Shown in pieces: positions 13,313 through 14,466 of a stretch of DNA of 14,466 nt. Positions within the stretch are counted from its first letter, which is position 1, and the number at the start of each line of letters is the position of its first letter. A model generated the notes under the pieces. That model saw only the letters and a program-made list of their open reading frames with translations. It did not search any database and was not told the origin of the DNA. The position numbers were made by a program, and so were the translations under genes. The DNA comes from Candidatus Yanofskybacteria bacterium (GTDB lineage: Bacteria; Patescibacteriota; Minisyncoccia; 2-02-FULL-40-12; GWA2-44-9), in contig JACPNL010000011.1 in assembly GCA_016185505.1 (NCBI GenBank), positions 1 to 14,466 on the forward strand. The letters run 5' to 3'.

Positions 13313-13349
13313 AAAAAGTGTGATAATATAAATACAAAATATAAACACC

Positions 13350-13495
13350 CCCAATTATTCTAATTATACTAATTATTCTAATTACTCTAAATAATGACTA
13401 ATCCCCAATCATTAAATGACCAAATCGATTTAGTCATTGAGTCGTTGGGATTTATTTAGGTCAATTAGGTTAATTAGAATAATTAGGTTAATTTA
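13350..13495. repeat. Copy B of the about 140-bp TAATTNNNC-unit palindromic element (see 6248-6388)
   Basis: ctaattatactaattattctaattactctaaataatg ... atttatttaggtcaattaggttaattagaataattaggttaatt. The central part contains the near-perfect palindrome AATGACCAAATCGATTTAGTCATT. Confidence 0.7.
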
Positions 13496-13537
13496 TTGCC
13501 CTGTTTGGTTCCTGTGCTTTGTGTTTTAGCTATGTAA

Positions 13538-14466
13538 GATTTTAAAATCAACAACATCCTTATCCCCGAAGAGCTTCCTCTTATCGCTCTGAAAAACACC
13601 GTCTTATTCCCAAAGGCGGTTATTCCGCTTATCGTTCAGCGGCCCAAATCGGTCAGCGCTTTGGAGTACGCTCATTTAACTGATCGGCTGGTGTTTTTTG
13701 CCACCCAGAGAAGCACCGAAGACGATGTGAACAAAAAAGATATTTTCACTGTGAACAAAAAAGATATTTTCACTACCGGCGTTATCGGCAGGATAATCTC
13801 CGTTCTCAAATTACCCGACGGTTCTTCCAAAGTTGATGTTGAGGGTTTGGTCAGAGCAAGGATAACGGAAATTACCAACGAAGAACCATTCTTCAGGATA
13901 AAGGCCGCTCCGTTCTCGTTGACGGTCAGGGATAGTTTAGAAGAAAAAGCGCTCCTTCGGAAAGCCATAGAGCAGTTTCGAATGATCTCGGAAGTAAGAG
14001 CATTTCCAACAATCCTTCCCGAAATTATATATATGATGTCGCAGATCAAAGACACCGAGCATATTATAAGTTTGATGGCGGTTAATTCCGGTTTAGAAAT
14101 AGAAGATCAGCAAAATGTCCTTGAAATGGAGAGCGCGATAGACGCCTTACGCCAACTAAACACGTATCTGGCCAGAGAGTCGGAATTATTGGAAGCCGAG
14201 AAAAAAGTCGCTAAGGAAACCAAAAAACAACTCGGCAAGATGCAGAAGGAATTGTTTTTGCGGGAGCAACTCAAAAGCATAGAGAAAGAATTGGGCGTTG
14301 ATGACGAGAAAGGCGAAATGGAAACGATAAAACACAAGATAGCCGCCGCGGGAATGCCCAAAGAAGTTGAAGAAAAGGCAAGCAAAGAACTTCATCGTCT
14401 AGGCAAAATGCCGCCATTCAATCCCGAGGTCTCATATCTTCGCACCTATCTTGACTTGATGGTTGA
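13538..14466 (+). CDS. lon: ATP-dependent Lon protease, N-terminal (LON substrate-binding) domain onward; 3' partial (runs off window); start codon unresolved
   Basis: LPLIALKNTVLFPKAVIPLIVQRPKSV ... LKLPDGSSKVDVEGLVRARI is the canonical Lon N-domain. The frame is open from 13538 to the window end. There is no in-frame ATG, GTG or TTG before the LPL motif. The ATG at 13532 is followed immediately by TAA. Confidence 0.8.
13727..13774 (+). repeat. Perfect 24-bp tandem duplication inside lon (VNKKDIFT x2)
   Basis: gtgaacaaaaaagatattttcact occurs twice in direct tandem. Confidence 0.9.

Noticed and set aside
13672-14395. Minus-strand ORFs (127 aa, 92 aa, 69 aa)
   Set aside because: They are antisense to the unmistakable Lon protease coding frame on the plus strand.
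1-14466. CRISPR array
   Set aside because: No series of regularly spaced identical direct repeats with unique spacers was found. The repeats present are palindromic or inverted elements and heptamer microsatellites.

Overview
The window is AT-rich (most genes look like roughly 35-40% GC), compact and mostly plus-strand. It may come from a small-genome, CPR/Patescibacteria-like bacterium; this is inferred from gene content and composition, not proven.

Genes read from the translations, in order:
- a 5'-partial FemAB-family peptidyltransferase
- a GNAT acetyltransferase
- a TrpR-like YerC/YecD regulator
- a MurE-like Mur ligase that lacks the usual N-terminal domain
- a small membrane protein
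- an HNH-motif protein
- a membrane-anchored cupredoxin-like protein
- a presenilin/SPP-like polytopic membrane protein, preceded by a translationally coupled micro-ORF
- a beta-CASP MBL-fold ribonuclease
- one minus-strand Trp-rich protein with a ParB/Srx-like DGxHR-type motif
- a LOG-family protein
- a 3'-partial Lon protease

Positions about 10.1-13.3 kb form a compositional island, which I estimate by eye at well over 55% GC. It has a near-consensus sigma70 promoter, strong Shine-Dalgarno sites, and an nfeD-flotillin operon whose flotillin is broken by a +1 frameshift. It also carries a small protein with beta-carbonic-anhydrase-like CxDxR...HxxC motifs and ends in tandem intrinsic terminators.

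The non-coding DNA is the most unusual part:
- Two copies of a long palindromic element (7803-8032 and 9695-10109) share about 40-bp inverted arms but carry different cargo. Cargo 1 is a UUCG-capped hairpin. Cargo 2 is a 322-bp element with perfect 21-bp terminal inverted repeats and several UUCG-loop hairpins.
- Two copies of a roughly 140-bp element built from 9-bp TAATTNNNC units in inverted arms lie at 6248-6388 and 13350-13495. A related ATACTAAT inverted repeat lies at 5157-5218.
- GC-rich perfect hairpins sit in-frame inside two CDSs, reminiscent of Rickettsia palindromic elements.
- 4x heptamer tandem repeats occur inside two CDSs.
- A 42-bp perfect palindrome lies in a divergent promoter region.
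- Paired palindromic operator candidates flank the YerC-like regulator.

No tRNA, rRNA or CRISPR array was seen.
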